Shown: positions 19,239-29,398, counted from the stretch's first letter. The stretch: DNA of 64,000 nucleotides from an uncultured Planctomycetia bacterium (GCA_964572255.1 CAZNEE010000001.1:395587-459586), one strand, 5' to 3'. Notes: generated by a model from the sequence alone, not told the origin. Numbers and translations are program-made.

Positions 19239-20291
19239 ATGGATAAACAGATCGTATCGATGCATATTGGCTCGGGAGAGATAACGGTAGTTTCCGCTCA
19301 TTGGGCAAGGGGCGGCGAGTATGTATTGGACGGTTTTTACAGGACCGGCGCAAAAGGCTTGCGGGAAGGAGTTGTTACCGATACGAACGAGGCCATAGAT
19401 TCCATTGCCAGGTCATTAAATGGAATAAGGGGGAGAACCGGCATCAAGTTCAGGGAGGTCTATACCGGGATAACATCCCCGTCAGTGGATATGATGCCTG
19501 CCATGGGAGATGTTCTGCTGTCAAAGTACGGAAGGGAGATAAATCCCGGCGATATGAAAAAATGCGTGGAAATGGGGTCGGTGATCAAACTTCCTTTAGA
19601 GAGGGAATCTTTGCATAAGCTGGTCAGCGAATTTTATGTAGACGGAGAAAAAGGCATTAAAAATCCCGTAAATCTTGAAGCGGTAAAGCTCGGAGTGAAG
19701 ATCAATATTATAACGATAAGATCCAATATTCTGAATAATCTTATAAAATGCATAAATATGGCAGGATATCTTTCTTCAGGATTTGTTCTTTCCGGGCTTG
19801 CTTCTTCGTACAGGACGCTTACTCAGGAAGACAAAAATGAAGGGGCGGCGCTCATACGCATTTCTAAAGAGATCACGGAGATCCTCTTTTTCAATAAAGG
19901 GGTCATGACGAACTGCAAGGTCCTTGCTAAAGGCGCGGATAACATCATGGCAAGCGACAATACGATCAATGAAGATGTGCTGGGTGAACTTACATCAAGG
20001 ATCAGGCAATATCCTGAGTGGAAACAGACCAAAAGAATAGTTTTGACAGGGGAAGGATCCATGTATGAAGGCATGTTAGAGTCATGGGAAAGTTCATTGA
20101 ACTCGCCGGTGAAAATCGGGAATTGCCTTGCAAGGCCGTTCGAAAACCTGCCTGAAGACAGAATGGGTTATATCGTAAGCCTCGGCATTTTAGACCATCT
20201 TTATCGGGAAAAACAGCAAAACCGGCTCGCCAACAATCTCATCAACGGGGCATTTTACAGAGTAACGGGATTTATCGATAAGTACTTTTAA
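19239..20291 (+). CDS. ftsA: Divergent, internally shortened FtsA-like protein
   Basis: After ftsQ; GLREGVVTD, 1C domain (EFYVDG...NPV), LASS...LT..DK..G, IVLTG, C-terminal amphipathic helix; phosphate motifs degenerate. Confidence 0.8.
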   Translation: MDKQIVSMHIGSGEITVVSAHWARGGEYVLDGFYRTGAKGLREGVVTDTNEAIDSIARSLNGIRGRTGIKFREVYTGITSPSVDMMPAMGDVLLSKYGREINPGDMKKCVEMGSVIKLPLERESLHKLVSEFYVDGEKGIKNPVNLEAVKLGVKINIITIRSNILNNLIKCINMAGYLSSGFVLSGLASSYRTLTQEDKNEGAALIRISKEITEILFFNKGVMTNCKVLAKGADNIMASDNTINEDVLGELTSRIRQYPEWKQTKRIVLTGEGSMYEGMLESWESSLNSPVKIGNCLARPFENLPEDRMGYIVSLGILDHLYREKQQNRLANNLINGAFYRVTGFIDKYF

Positions 20292-20308
20292 TATTGACTT
20301 TGTTTTAG

Positions 20309-20381
20309 AAGTACAGTGCATTTCCTACCAGGGCCCCTCCGCCCGGTGTGGATCCTCCCTGTACGGAAATACACTGTACTT
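20309..20381. repeat. Palindromic element, family B, copy 1
   Basis: Invariant core GGGCCCCTCCGCCCGGTGTGGATCCTCCC (20331-20359) inside 17-bp inverted arms. Confidence 0.9.
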
Positions 20382-20431
20382 TTGAATAAAAGTAAAGCAG
20401 AAAAGTACTTGGCGCTAGATTCCCTTTGCTA

Positions 20432-20460
20432 TTGACATGTATATAAAATTATGCTACTTT
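20432..20460 (+). promoter_or_regulatory. Sigma70-type promoter for the proC operon
   Basis: TTGACA, 17-bp spacer, TGn-TACTTT. Confidence 0.6.
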
Positions 20461-20499
20461 TAACCATTAAAATTATTAATATTATAGGGAAAATATGCC

Positions 20500-21300
20500 A
20501 TGAAGAATCTTAAGTTGGGCGTTATAGGCTGCGGTAACATGGGAAGCGCAATAGTGAGGGGCGTGACCAAAAAGGGCATTATCGAAAGCGAGAACATCCT
20601 TATAAATGATGAGGATACAGATAAAGCCGCTTCTCTCGCAAGCGAAACAGGCTGCCGTTCGGCAGAGCTTCCGGATCTGGCAGGCAAGGCCGACTATTTA
20701 CTTTTTGCTGTCAAACCCCAGGATTTTGATGCTCTGGCTGACCGGATAAAGGATCAAATCTCCGGCCAGACTATAGTATCCATTATGGCGGGCGTTACTA
20801 TCGAAGCCATTACCGAAAAAATTGGGAAGGAAACACCTGTAATAAGGGCAATGCCTAACATGGCGGCATTTGCTTCTTCCGGGGTTACTTGCATCTCCTG
20901 CAATAAGCTGGTTGACGATCTTCAGGATGTGAAAGATATTTTCAGGGCCGTAGGCGAGGTGATGGAAGTTGAAGAGGATGATCTGGATGCCGTCACCGCT
21001 ATTTCCGGTTCGGGGCCTGCGTATCTGTTCTTTCTCGCGGATGCCATGATATCTGCCGGCGAAAAGTCAGGGCTAAGCAGGGAAAAGGCGGAAGAGCTTG
21101 TAAAACAAACCTTATACGGTTCGTCCGTTCTTTTAAAGGATTCGAAGGATCTGCCTTCAGAGCTTATTGGTAAGGTTGCTTCTAAAGGCGGTACTACAGA
21201 AGCGGCGCTGTCGGTTCTTAAGGACAGAGACGTGAAAGGTGCGATAATAGAGGCTGTCATAAAAGCAAAGAAAAGGTCCGAAGAATTATCCGGGAGATAA
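20500..21300 (+). CDS. proC: Pyrroline-5-carboxylate reductase
   Basis: IGCGNMG, AVKPQ, RAMPN, SGSGPAY, SKGGTT. Confidence 0.96.
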   Translation: MKNLKLGVIGCGNMGSAIVRGVTKKGIIESENILINDEDTDKAASLASETGCRSAELPDLAGKADYLLFAVKPQDFDALADRIKDQISGQTIVSIMAGVTIEAITEKIGKETPVIRAMPNMAAFASSGVTCISCNKLVDDLQDVKDIFRAVGEVMEVEEDDLDAVTAISGSGPAYLFFLADAMISAGEKSGLSREKAEELVKQTLYGSSVLLKDSKDLPSELIGKVASKGGTTEAALSVLKDRDVKGAIIEAVIKAKKRSEELSGR

Positions 21301-21304
21301 ATTT

Positions 21305-21601
21305 ATGTTTATTCTAAGCGAATTATTCAGGTCTTTAGCGCTCTTGGTCTCACTTGTTTTCAATATACTCTATTTTTTGCTGGTGATCAGGATAATCATC
21401 TCATGGGTCGGGGCAGATCCGTATAACGAGATCGTAAGGATCATCTACACCATAACCGAACCCATACTTGCTCCTTTCAGAAGATTGCCTCTTCAGGTGG
21501 GAGGGATAGACTTTTCACCTATATTGGCTTTTATAGTTTTGAGTGTATTGAGAAATTTTATTGTCAACATACTTTACCAGATAGCATATCGCTTAGGGTA
21601 G
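21305..21601 (+). CDS. yggT: YggT family membrane protein
   Basis: TEPILAPFRR...IDFSPI. Confidence 0.93.
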   Translation: MFILSELFRSLALLVSLVFNILYFLLVIRIIISWVGADPYNEIVRIIYTITEPILAPFRRLPLQVGGIDFSPILAFIVLSVLRNFIVNILYQIAYRLG

Positions 21602-21606
21602 AAGTG

Positions 21607-21828
21607 ATGAGGATAGAACTTAAAGTGTTCCCCAAGTCGTCGCAGGAGAAGCTTGTGACAGACGGAGACCTGATCAAAGCATACGTAAAAGCTCCTCCGG
21701 ACAAAGGCAAGGCAAATAAGGCGCTGATAGAACTCTTGGCCAGGGAATATAAGGTTTCAAAGAGCAGTATAAAGATAATTAAAGGGCAAACCGGCAGGAA
21801 CAAGGTAGTGGAGGTAAATAAAACGTGA
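21607..21828 (+). CDS. yggU: DUF167/YggU family protein
   Basis: APPDKGKANKAL...IIKGQTGRNK. Confidence 0.9.
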   Translation: MRIELKVFPKSSQEKLVTDGDLIKAYVKAPPDKGKANKALIELLAREYKVSKSSIKIIKGQTGRNKVVEVNKT

Positions 21829-22691
21829 GCAAAATAGGAATAATAGGCGGAAGCGGACTTTACCAAATGGAGGGGCTTGATATAACCGAGAGAAAAACTG
21901 TTGATACGCCTTTCGGAAAACCTTCTGATGAGTTTGCAATAGGAAAATTTAACGGAAAAGAAATAGTATTCCTGCCGCGTCATGGCCGCAACCACGAAAT
22001 ATCCCCGACGGAAATAAATAACAGGGCGAATATATATGCTTTGAAAGTCCTCGGTGTTGATAGGATCATATCCGTAGCCGCGGTAGGCAGTCTTAAAGAA
22101 GATATACATCCTTTGGACATGGTCCTTGTTGACCAGTTTATCGACAGGACGAACCAGGCAAGACCCGCCACTTTTTTCAGTGACGGCATAGTTGTCCACA
22201 TACAATTTGCCGAACCCGTGTGCAGCGAATTGCAGCAGCTGATATACAAGAGCAATAAACATCTTGATGCGACAATACATAACGGCGGGACATATGTTAA
22301 CATGGAAGGCCCCGCGTTCTCCACAAAAGCGGAATCTTTCTTATATAAAAGCTGGGGCGCGGATGTGATCGGCATGACGAATATGCCTGAAGCGCGTCTG
22401 GCGCGCGAGGCGGGGATCTGTTACGCGTTGATAGCCATGATAACCGATTATGACTGCTGGCATCTCGGCACGGAGATCGAAGCTGTTTCGGTGGAAATGA
22501 TCCTTGAGAACCTTAAAAAAAGCGTAGAAACTGCCAAAACAATGCTTAAAAATGTTCTCGAAAACATGCCGGATGGACCCGCTTGCGGATGCAAAGATAC
22601 ACTCCGTAATGCTATAGTGACTCCAAAGGATGCCATGCCGAAAGAGACAGTCGAAAAATTGAGACCGATAATTGAAGGGTTTATCAAATAG
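21825..22691 (+). CDS. mtnP: S-methyl-5'-thioadenosine phosphorylase
   Basis: IIGGSGLY, LPRHG, MEGPAFSTKAES, IGMT, TDYDCW. Confidence 0.93.
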   Translation: MSKIGIIGGSGLYQMEGLDITERKTVDTPFGKPSDEFAIGKFNGKEIVFLPRHGRNHEISPTEINNRANIYALKVLGVDRIISVAAVGSLKEDIHPLDMVLVDQFIDRTNQARPATFFSDGIVVHIQFAEPVCSELQQLIYKSNKHLDATIHNGGTYVNMEGPAFSTKAESFLYKSWGADVIGMTNMPEARLAREAGICYALIAMITDYDCWHLGTEIEAVSVEMILENLKKSVETAKTMLKNVLENMPDGPACGCKDTLRNAIVTPKDAMPKETVEKLRPIIEGFIK

Positions 22692-22706
22692 CTTAAGATC
22701 AGAAGA

Positions 22707-25520
22707 ATGAAAAAAGAAACTCAAAAGACAGGATACAAAGAAACGCTGAACCTTCCGAAAACTTCATTCCCCATGAAAGCCGATCTTCCAAAAAGGGAGC
22801 CGGAAATACTTAAAAAATGGGAAGAGGGCGATATTTACAGATCGATAATCGATGAACGCAAAGATTCGGGAAGGACTTTCATCCTGCATGACGGCCCGCC
22901 TTATGCTAACGGCCATATTCATATGGGGCATGTGCTTAATAAGATCCTCAAGGATATGTGCGTGAAGTACTTTTCCATGAAGGGGAACCTTTCTCCGTTC
23001 GTGCCGGGATGGGATTGTCACGGCCTTCCGGTCGAGCACCAGCTGCTGAAGGAATTGAATATAGATAAAAAAGATATCGGCAAGATCGAATTCCGCAAAA
23101 AAGCGTATGATTATGCCATGAAATTCGTAAAGATCCAGTCGGAAGAATTCAAAAGGCTGGGAGTGTTCGGCGACTGGGAGAAACCTTATCTTACCCTGAC
23201 GAAAGAGTATGAAGCGGATATCCTTCTGGCGCTTGCTGAACTTTGCGAAAAAGGATATATATATAAAGGGAAAAAACCTGTCAACTGGTGCAAGTCATGC
23301 GGTACCGCGCTGGCGGAAGCTGAAGTGGAATATGAGGATAAAACATCGCCTTCGATATACGTGAAATTCCCCGCAGGTGACGGCAAAGACAAAAAAACTT
23401 CTTTTTTGATCTGGACCACCACGCCATGGACGCTTATCGCTAACGTCGCCATAGCACTTCATCCGGAGTTTGTATATTCCTTTGTGGCTGTCGGGGATGA
23501 AGAGTGGATCATGGCTTCGGACCTGGTGGGTCCTATCATGGAGAAATTCGCCATCAAGGATTACAGCGTTGCAAAAACGCTGACCGGAGACGAGGTCGCT
23601 AAAGAAATAAAAAAAGCCGAACATCCTTTCATCGAACGGGATTCGTTTGTAGTCACTGCCGATTATGTCACAAAAATGGAAGGCACGGGTTGTGTCCACA
23701 CTGCTCCGGGACACGGGCAGGAAGATTATATTACAGGCATGAAATACAAGCTCCCGATGATCATGCCGGTCGATAGCGAAGGCAAGTTCACAAAAGAAGC
23801 GGGCCAGTTCAGCGGGCAGGATGTCCTGGAGGCAAATCCAAAAATCATGGAAAAAATGCGCTCGAACGGCACGCTCATTTTATCGGAAGATGTAGTGCAT
23901 TCATACCCGCATTGCTGGCGTTGTAAATTGCCGATAATATTCAGGGCTACGGAACAGTGGTTCATGAGCGTTGATCATGATGATCTCAGGACGAAGATGA
24001 TAGATACGATCAATAAAGAAGTTGAATGGATACCTCAAGCAGGGATGGAACGCATAAGTTCAATGGTGGAGGGAAGGCCGGACTGGTGTCTTTCCAGGCA
24101 GCGTTACTGGGGCGTGCCTATACCCGCCTTTAAGTGCGAATCCTGCGGGGAAGCGTTTACGAACGCTGATATCGTAAAGAGGGTGGCGGAACTTACCAGG
24201 AAGCATGGCGCGGATGTCTGGTTCGAGAAGAAAACGGAAGAATTATTTCCTCAAGGCCTTAAATGCGAGAGCTGCGGGAGCAACAAACTGTCCAAAGAAG
24301 ACAATATCCTTGATGTCTGGTTTGATTCGGGCGTAAGCCATAAAGCGGTTCTTGACGCAAGGAGCGATCTTGCCTTTCCTGCGGATCTTTATCTTGAAGG
24401 TTCCGACCAGCATAGGGGATGGTTCCAGGCGGCTTTAATAACTTCCATGGCCGCTAAAGGTGAGGCGCCGTACAAAAAGGTGCTTACTCACGGTTTTGTC
24501 GTGGACGGTGAAGGAAAGAAAATGTCGAAATCCATAGGCAATGTTATCAGCCCTCAGGATGTCATGAAAAAATACGGGGCGGACATTTTAAGGCTGTGGG
24601 TGGCTTCCAGCGATTATGAAGGGGATATCAAGCTTTCCGAGGAGATACTTGCAAGGCTTGCTGACGGGTACAGGAAGATAAGAAATACTTTCAGGTATCT
24701 TTTGAGCAATCTTTATGATTTCGATCCTTCAGAGGACAGTATAGATTTTAAGGATCTCTCCGAACTTGATAAATGGATGCTTTCCCGTCTCAGCAAACTT
24801 GTTATCAGCGCTACTGAATATTACGACAAGTGGGAATTCTACAAGGTTTACAGAGCCGTATATGATTTTTGCGTTTACGAAGTAAGCGCTTTTTATCTTG
24901 ACGTGCTTAAGGATATATTGTATATATTGGCACCGGGCTCGCGCGAGAGGCGTTCCGGCCAAACGGTTATTTTCAATGTGCTCAACGCGTTAAGTGTTAT
25001 CATGGCGCCCGTTCTTTCATTTACAACAGAGGAGGTCTGGAGCTTCATGGATTTTGCCGGCAGGGGCAAAAGCGTTCATATGGCAAACTGGCCCGATGTC
25101 GAAGATATGAAAAAATGGAGGAACGGGGAACTGGATGAAAAATGGGACAAAATCCTTGATATACGCGACAATGTGATGAAATTCCTTGAAATAAAACGTG
25201 AAAAGGATATCATAGGTAGTTCACTGGAAGCGAAAATAATTTTATACACGGAGGATGACGGGCTTGAGAGTTTCATCCGCGAGAATATCGATCTTTTTCC
25301 GCCTCTTTTTAAAGTATCACAGGCAGAGGTAGCAGATTCCCGCGGTGAAGAGATGGAGAAGTCGCAGGATCTTCCTCTTGAAGTCTCGATCAAAAAAGCT
25401 GACGGTCAGAAATGTCCGAGGTGCTGGAACTTTAGCGAAAAGGTAGGAAGCAGTAAGGAGTTTCCCGAACTTTGTGAAAGATGCAGCAGCGTAATGTCAG
25501 AAAGGAGTGATAATGGTTAG
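22707..25520 (+). CDS. ileS: Isoleucine--tRNA ligase (type 1)
   Basis: HDGPPYANG-HMGH, WTTTPWT, EGSDQHRGWF, KMSKS, C-terminal CPRCW...CERC. Confidence 0.98.
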   Translation: MKKETQKTGYKETLNLPKTSFPMKADLPKREPEILKKWEEGDIYRSIIDERKDSGRTFILHDGPPYANGHIHMGHVLNKILKDMCVKYFSMKGNLSPFVPGWDCHGLPVEHQLLKELNIDKKDIGKIEFRKKAYDYAMKFVKIQSEEFKRLGVFGDWEKPYLTLTKEYEADILLALAELCEKGYIYKGKKPVNWCKSCGTALAEAEVEYEDKTSPSIYVKFPAGDGKDKKTSFLIWTTTPWTLIANVAIALHPEFVYSFVAVGDEEWIMASDLVGPIMEKFAIKDYSVAKTLTGDEVAKEIKKAEHPFIERDSFVVTADYVTKMEGTGCVHTAPGHGQEDYITGMKYKLPMIMPVDSEGKFTKEAGQFSGQDVLEANPKIMEKMRSNGTLILSEDVVHSYPHCWRCKLPIIFRATEQWFMSVDHDDLRTKMIDTINKEVEWIPQAGMERISSMVEGRPDWCLSRQRYWGVPIPAFKCESCGEAFTNADIVKRVAELTRKHGADVWFEKKTEELFPQGLKCESCGSNKLSKEDNILDVWFDSGVSHKAVLDARSDLAFPADLYLEGSDQHRGWFQAALITSMAAKGEAPYKKVLTHGFVVDGEGKKMSKSIGNVISPQDVMKKYGADILRLWVASSDYEGDIKLSEEILARLADGYRKIRNTFRYLLSNLYDFDPSEDSIDFKDLSELDKWMLSRLSKLVISATEYYDKWEFYKVYRAVYDFCVYEVSAFYLDVLKDILYILAPGSRERRSGQTVIFNVLNALSVIMAPVLSFTTEEVWSFMDFAGRGKSVHMANWPDVEDMKKWRNGELDEKWDKILDIRDNVMKFLEIKREKDIIGSSLEAKIILYTEDDGLESFIRENIDLFPPLFKVSQAEVADSRGEEMEKSQDLPLEVSIKKADGQKCPRCWNFSEKVGSSKEFPELCERCSSVMSERSDNG

Positions 25521-26013
25521 AAAAAGAGCAAAAGCCAAGGCAGCCAAGAAAAAAACTGCTTCTAAAAAAGCGACCCGTAAAGGCGCAAAAAAGAAAACAG
25601 TCTTAAAAAAGAAGGTTGTTATAAAAGGGCCTTTTAAAAAGAACGAACTTGCCAAGGTCAGACAGGACCTTCTTAAGAAGAAAGCGAAGATCCTTGAGGA
25701 ACTGATGATACTTAAAGGGCAGTCGCTCAATACTTCATTCAAAGATGCCTCAGGGGACCTTTCCGGATATACATTTCATATGGCGGATATGGCTACCGAT
25801 CTTTATGATCGTGAATTTTCCCTGGAGTTGGCCGAAGGCGAAAGAGAACAGCTTTACGCTTTAGATGATGCCATAAAACGCATCGATGAGGGCATTTACG
25901 GCGTATGTGAAAGCTGCGGATGCAATATTAAGAAGCAGCGCTTAAAAGTTATGCCGGAGGCAAAATGCTGTATAAAATGCCAGGAAGAGGAAGAACAATC
26001 CGCGGGTAGATAA
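25513..26013 (+). CDS. dksA: TraR/DksA-family regulator with Lys-rich N-terminal tail
   Basis: HMADMATD coiled-coil tip, YGVCESC...CIKC zinc finger. Confidence 0.85.
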   Translation: MVRKRAKAKAAKKKTASKKATRKGAKKKTVLKKKVVIKGPFKKNELAKVRQDLLKKKAKILEELMILKGQSLNTSFKDASGDLSGYTFHMADMATDLYDREFSLELAEGEREQLYALDDAIKRIDEGIYGVCESCGCNIKKQRLKVMPEAKCCIKCQEEEEQSAGR

Positions 26014-26015
26014 AG

Positions 26016-26459
26016 TTGGCTTTTATCATAATTCTCGCTATATTCATTCTTGATCAGGCTTCCAAATTATACGCTGTAAGGATGCTTTCCGCATCAGAAA
26101 GCATCCCGGTCATAAAAAACGTCTTTCACCTGACCCTCGTGTACAATACCGGAGCGGCTTTCGGCATATTCAGGTCCCAATCACATCTTTTTATCGTTGT
26201 AGCCGTGCTTTCGGTATTTTTCATCCTTTTTCTTGTAACCAGAAAAGCGCACGCGTTTAATTCCTTTGAGAAAACGGCATTATATTTCATTTTAGGCGGT
26301 ACGTTGGGAAATCTGACCGATCGTTTAAGATTGGGTCATGTTACAGACTTTATTGATCTCAGAGTGTGGCCGGTCTTTAATATTGCGGACAGTTTTATCA
26401 CTGTCGGCGCTATAATGCTGGCGTTATCGATCATATTAAGAGGAAGAAAGAGACAATAA
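26016..26459 (+). CDS. lspA: Lipoprotein signal peptidase
   Basis: NTGAAFG, GNLTDR, VTDFID, WPVFNIAD. Confidence 0.95.
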   Translation: MAFIIILAIFILDQASKLYAVRMLSASESIPVIKNVFHLTLVYNTGAAFGIFRSQSHLFIVVAVLSVFFILFLVTRKAHAFNSFEKTALYFILGGTLGNLTDRLRLGHVTDFIDLRVWPVFNIADSFITVGAIMLALSIILRGRKRQ

Positions 26460-27196
26460 TGTACCCCGTATTATTCAAGATAGGATCCGTTTCAATATAT
26501 TCTTATGGTTTATTTGTTGCCGCAGGCTTTTTGATCGCGTCTTTTCTCATGTTAAGAGATTCCGCGAAAGAGGGGCTTCCCAGGGAAAGCGTATTGGACT
26601 CGCTTATTGCGATTCTTGCGGGCGGCGTGATAGGCGGAAGACTGTTATATGTTGTCATTAATTGGGGATATTTTTCATCTGATCCCATCAAGATGATCAT
26701 GCTTAATGAAGGGGGCATGGCTATCCATGGAGCGATCGTCCTGGGGTTTATAGCCGGGGTCGTGACAGCGAGAATAAAAGGACTTCCTGTCTGGAAGACA
26801 GCTGATATCATAGCGCCGTATATAGCATTGGGGCAGGCGATCGGGAGGATCGGCTGCTTTTTTAACGGATGTTGTTACGGCAGGGAATACGACGGTCTTT
26901 TCAGTGTTACATTTCCTCAGGATACGGTATCCAGAGTGCCGACACAGATCTGTCTAAGCGCAGGGTTGCTTGCGATCTATATAATGCTGAGAGTTGCCGG
27001 CAGAGGCGGAAAGTATAACGGCCGGATCTTTGCTTTGTATCTGATCCTCTATTCCATTTTCAGGTTTTTCGTGGATTTTCTAAGAGGCGATAATCCGCTC
27101 GTATTTTCCGGATTGACCCTCGCGCAAGTTATAAGCATTATCATCTTTGCATGCGGATTATTTTTATTCGCGATAAGAAAACATGGAAGAACTTAA
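26459..27196 (+). CDS. lgt: Prolipoprotein diacylglyceryl transferase
   Basis: GGRLLYV, GGMAIHG, GRIGCFFNGCCYG, RFFVDFLR. Confidence 0.93.
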   Translation: MYPVLFKIGSVSIYSYGLFVAAGFLIASFLMLRDSAKEGLPRESVLDSLIAILAGGVIGGRLLYVVINWGYFSSDPIKMIMLNEGGMAIHGAIVLGFIAGVVTARIKGLPVWKTADIIAPYIALGQAIGRIGCFFNGCCYGREYDGLFSVTFPQDTVSRVPTQICLSAGLLAIYIMLRVAGRGGKYNGRIFALYLILYSIFRFFVDFLRGDNPLVFSGLTLAQVISIIIFACGLFLFAIRKHGRT

Positions 27197-28088
27197 ATTT
27201 AAAGTAACACAGGAAGAGGCCGGGATGCGCGTCGATAAATGCATCGCGCTCAGGCTCGGCGAAGGATATTCCCGTACATTCGTCAAGGACCTGATCGATA
27301 AAAAGCTTGTAAAAGTTAACGGCAAAAGTATCAAGCCCAGCTATGAGGCAAATGAAGGCGATCGGATCCTGGCAGCCATACCTCCCCCTGAAAAAAGCGA
27401 TCTCGAGCCGGAAGATATTCCTCTGAATGTAATTTACGAAGACGAGTGGATCATTGTTATTGATAAGCCCGCGGGAATGGTCGTTCACCCCGGAGCGGGC
27501 AACAGGAAGGGAACGCTGGTTAACGCACTTCTGCATTATTCGGAAAAGCTCGCGGATACGGGGGATGAATCGAGGCCCGGCATTGTCCACAGGCTTGATA
27601 AGGACACTTCAGGCATTATAGTTGTCGCGAAAAATGACCGCGCATTGAGATCTCTTTCAAAGCAGTTCCAGAAACGCGCGGTAAAAAAAAGATATGCAGC
27701 GATTGTAAAAGGGCGCCTTGAGCTGGATAACGGCGTTGTAGAGCTTCCCCTTGCGAGGCATTCTACCGACAGAAAAAAAATGGCTGTCGAGCATGCAAGA
27801 GGAAAAAAAGCTAAGACAGTTTATCATGTCCGAAAACGTTTTAAGGATTTTACTTTACTGGATATCGAGCTTCATACAGGCAGGACCCATCAGATAAGGG
27901 TCCACATGAAACATATAGGTCATCCTGTTCTCGGCGATATTACTTACGGAAGGTCCGACGGGGTAAAAAGACAGGCGCTTCACGCCCAAATGCTGGGGTT
28001 CACTCACCCTGATACGGGTGAATATATCGAATTCCATTCACCGATCCCGAAAGACATGAAAGAGATCATTGAGAAAGGTGAAATTTAG
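27183..28088 (+). CDS. rluD: RluA/RluD-family pseudouridine synthase
   Basis: S4-like N-terminus, KPAGMVVHP, HRLDKDTSG, TGRTHQIR. Confidence 0.9.
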   Translation: MEELKFKVTQEEAGMRVDKCIALRLGEGYSRTFVKDLIDKKLVKVNGKSIKPSYEANEGDRILAAIPPPEKSDLEPEDIPLNVIYEDEWIIVIDKPAGMVVHPGAGNRKGTLVNALLHYSEKLADTGDESRPGIVHRLDKDTSGIIVVAKNDRALRSLSKQFQKRAVKKRYAAIVKGRLELDNGVVELPLARHSTDRKKMAVEHARGKKAKTVYHVRKRFKDFTLLDIELHTGRTHQIRVHMKHIGHPVLGDITYGRSDGVKRQALHAQMLGFTHPDTGEYIEFHSPIPKDMKEIIEKGEI

Positions 28089-28105
28089 TGGTATAGTAGC
28101 TGATT

Positions 28106-29398
28106 ATGGACTGGAAAATAAAAAAAGCTAAGAGGTTGAATGGAGAGCTGACAGTACCTGCGGATAAAAGTATCTCGCATCGCGCTGTCATGTTCGGCTC
28201 CATAGGAAAAGGGAAATGCCGCATTGATAATTTTCTTTCAGGAGAGGACTGCATGCGTACATTCGATGCTTTTCGTGCTATGGGGGTTGATATCGAAAGA
28301 GACGGGGATACCGTCATTGTTAAGGGTAATGGTTTAAAAGGGTTAAAAGCTCCGGAAAAAGATCTTTATTTGGGCAATTCCGGCACGACTATGCGTATAA
28401 TCTCCGGCATTCTTGCGGGACAAGGTTTCGCTACAACTCTTACGGGAGATGAATCGTTATCAAAGCGTCCGATGAAGAGAATAATGGAACCGTTAACTCT
28501 TATGGGGGGAAAAATAGAAGCTTTAGAAGGAGGGGATCATGCGCCTTTAAGAATAGAAGGTACCGGCAGGCCCCTTGCTCCGATCGATCATAAAACTCCT
28601 GTGGCCAGCGCGCAGGTAAAATCCTGCATCCTCGCTGCGGGACTTTACGCTGATGGGGTTACTTCCGTGACAGAACCTTTTCAGTCCAGGGACCATACTG
28701 AAAGGATGCTTGAATATTTTTCAGCTGATATTAAAAGAGAAGGGCTTAAGACAGAGATAAAAGGATTAAAAGAACTTTCGCCTAAAGACGTGAAGATCCC
28801 GGGAGACATTTCCGGCGCGGCGTTCTTTATCGTAGCGTCTCTCATTTTGGGAGGATCAAGTATCATAATACGGAATGTAGGATTAAATTCAACGCGAAGA
28901 GGATTGTTGGATGTTCTGGAGCGCATGGGCGCCGGCATAGAGATCCTTGATGTACATGACGGGCTTGAACCGGCAGGGGACCTGGAAGTAAAAAGTTCTG
29001 CGTTAAAAGGCACAACGGTGGAAGAGGCGGAGGTCCCTCTTCTTATAGATGAGATACCGATACTTGTTATTGCCGCAGCTTTTGCCGGGGGACAAACTGT
29101 CATAAAAGGGATAAAAGAGCTGAAGGTGAAAGAGTCGGACAGGATAAGGGCCATGACAGAGAACCTGAGAGGCATGGGCGTCACTCTGGAAGAAAAAGAA
29201 AATTCCCTTATTATACACGGAGGCGCGGAGGCGCTTGAGGCTTCCGAACTTGATAGTTTTGCGGATCATCGTATCGCGATGAGCATGGCGATCGCGGCGC
29301 TTACCTCAGATGGCGAATGTGTTATCAGGAACACTGCCTGTGTTGATACTTCGTATCCCGCCTTTTTAAGCGATCTGGAAAAGCTTATTGTCCGCTAG
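28106..29398 (+). CDS. aroA: EPSP synthase
   Basis: DKSISHR, GNSGTTMR, SAQVKS, KESDR, DHRIAM. Confidence 0.97.
   Translation: MDWKIKKAKRLNGELTVPADKSISHRAVMFGSIGKGKCRIDNFLSGEDCMRTFDAFRAMGVDIERDGDTVIVKGNGLKGLKAPEKDLYLGNSGTTMRIISGILAGQGFATTLTGDESLSKRPMKRIMEPLTLMGGKIEALEGGDHAPLRIEGTGRPLAPIDHKTPVASAQVKSCILAAGLYADGVTSVTEPFQSRDHTERMLEYFSADIKREGLKTEIKGLKELSPKDVKIPGDISGAAFFIVASLILGGSSIIIRNVGLNSTRRGLLDVLERMGAGIEILDVHDGLEPAGDLEVKSSALKGTTVEEAEVPLLIDEIPILVIAAAFAGGQTVIKGIKELKVKESDRIRAMTENLRGMGVTLEEKENSLIIHGGAEALEASELDSFADHRIAMSMAIAALTSDGECVIRNTACVDTSYPAFLSDLEKLIVR

Noticed and set aside
21564-22280. 238-aa antisense ORF and the many other minus-strand ORFs over housekeeping genes
   Set aside because: Shadows of well-supported + strand genes with no recognisable motifs
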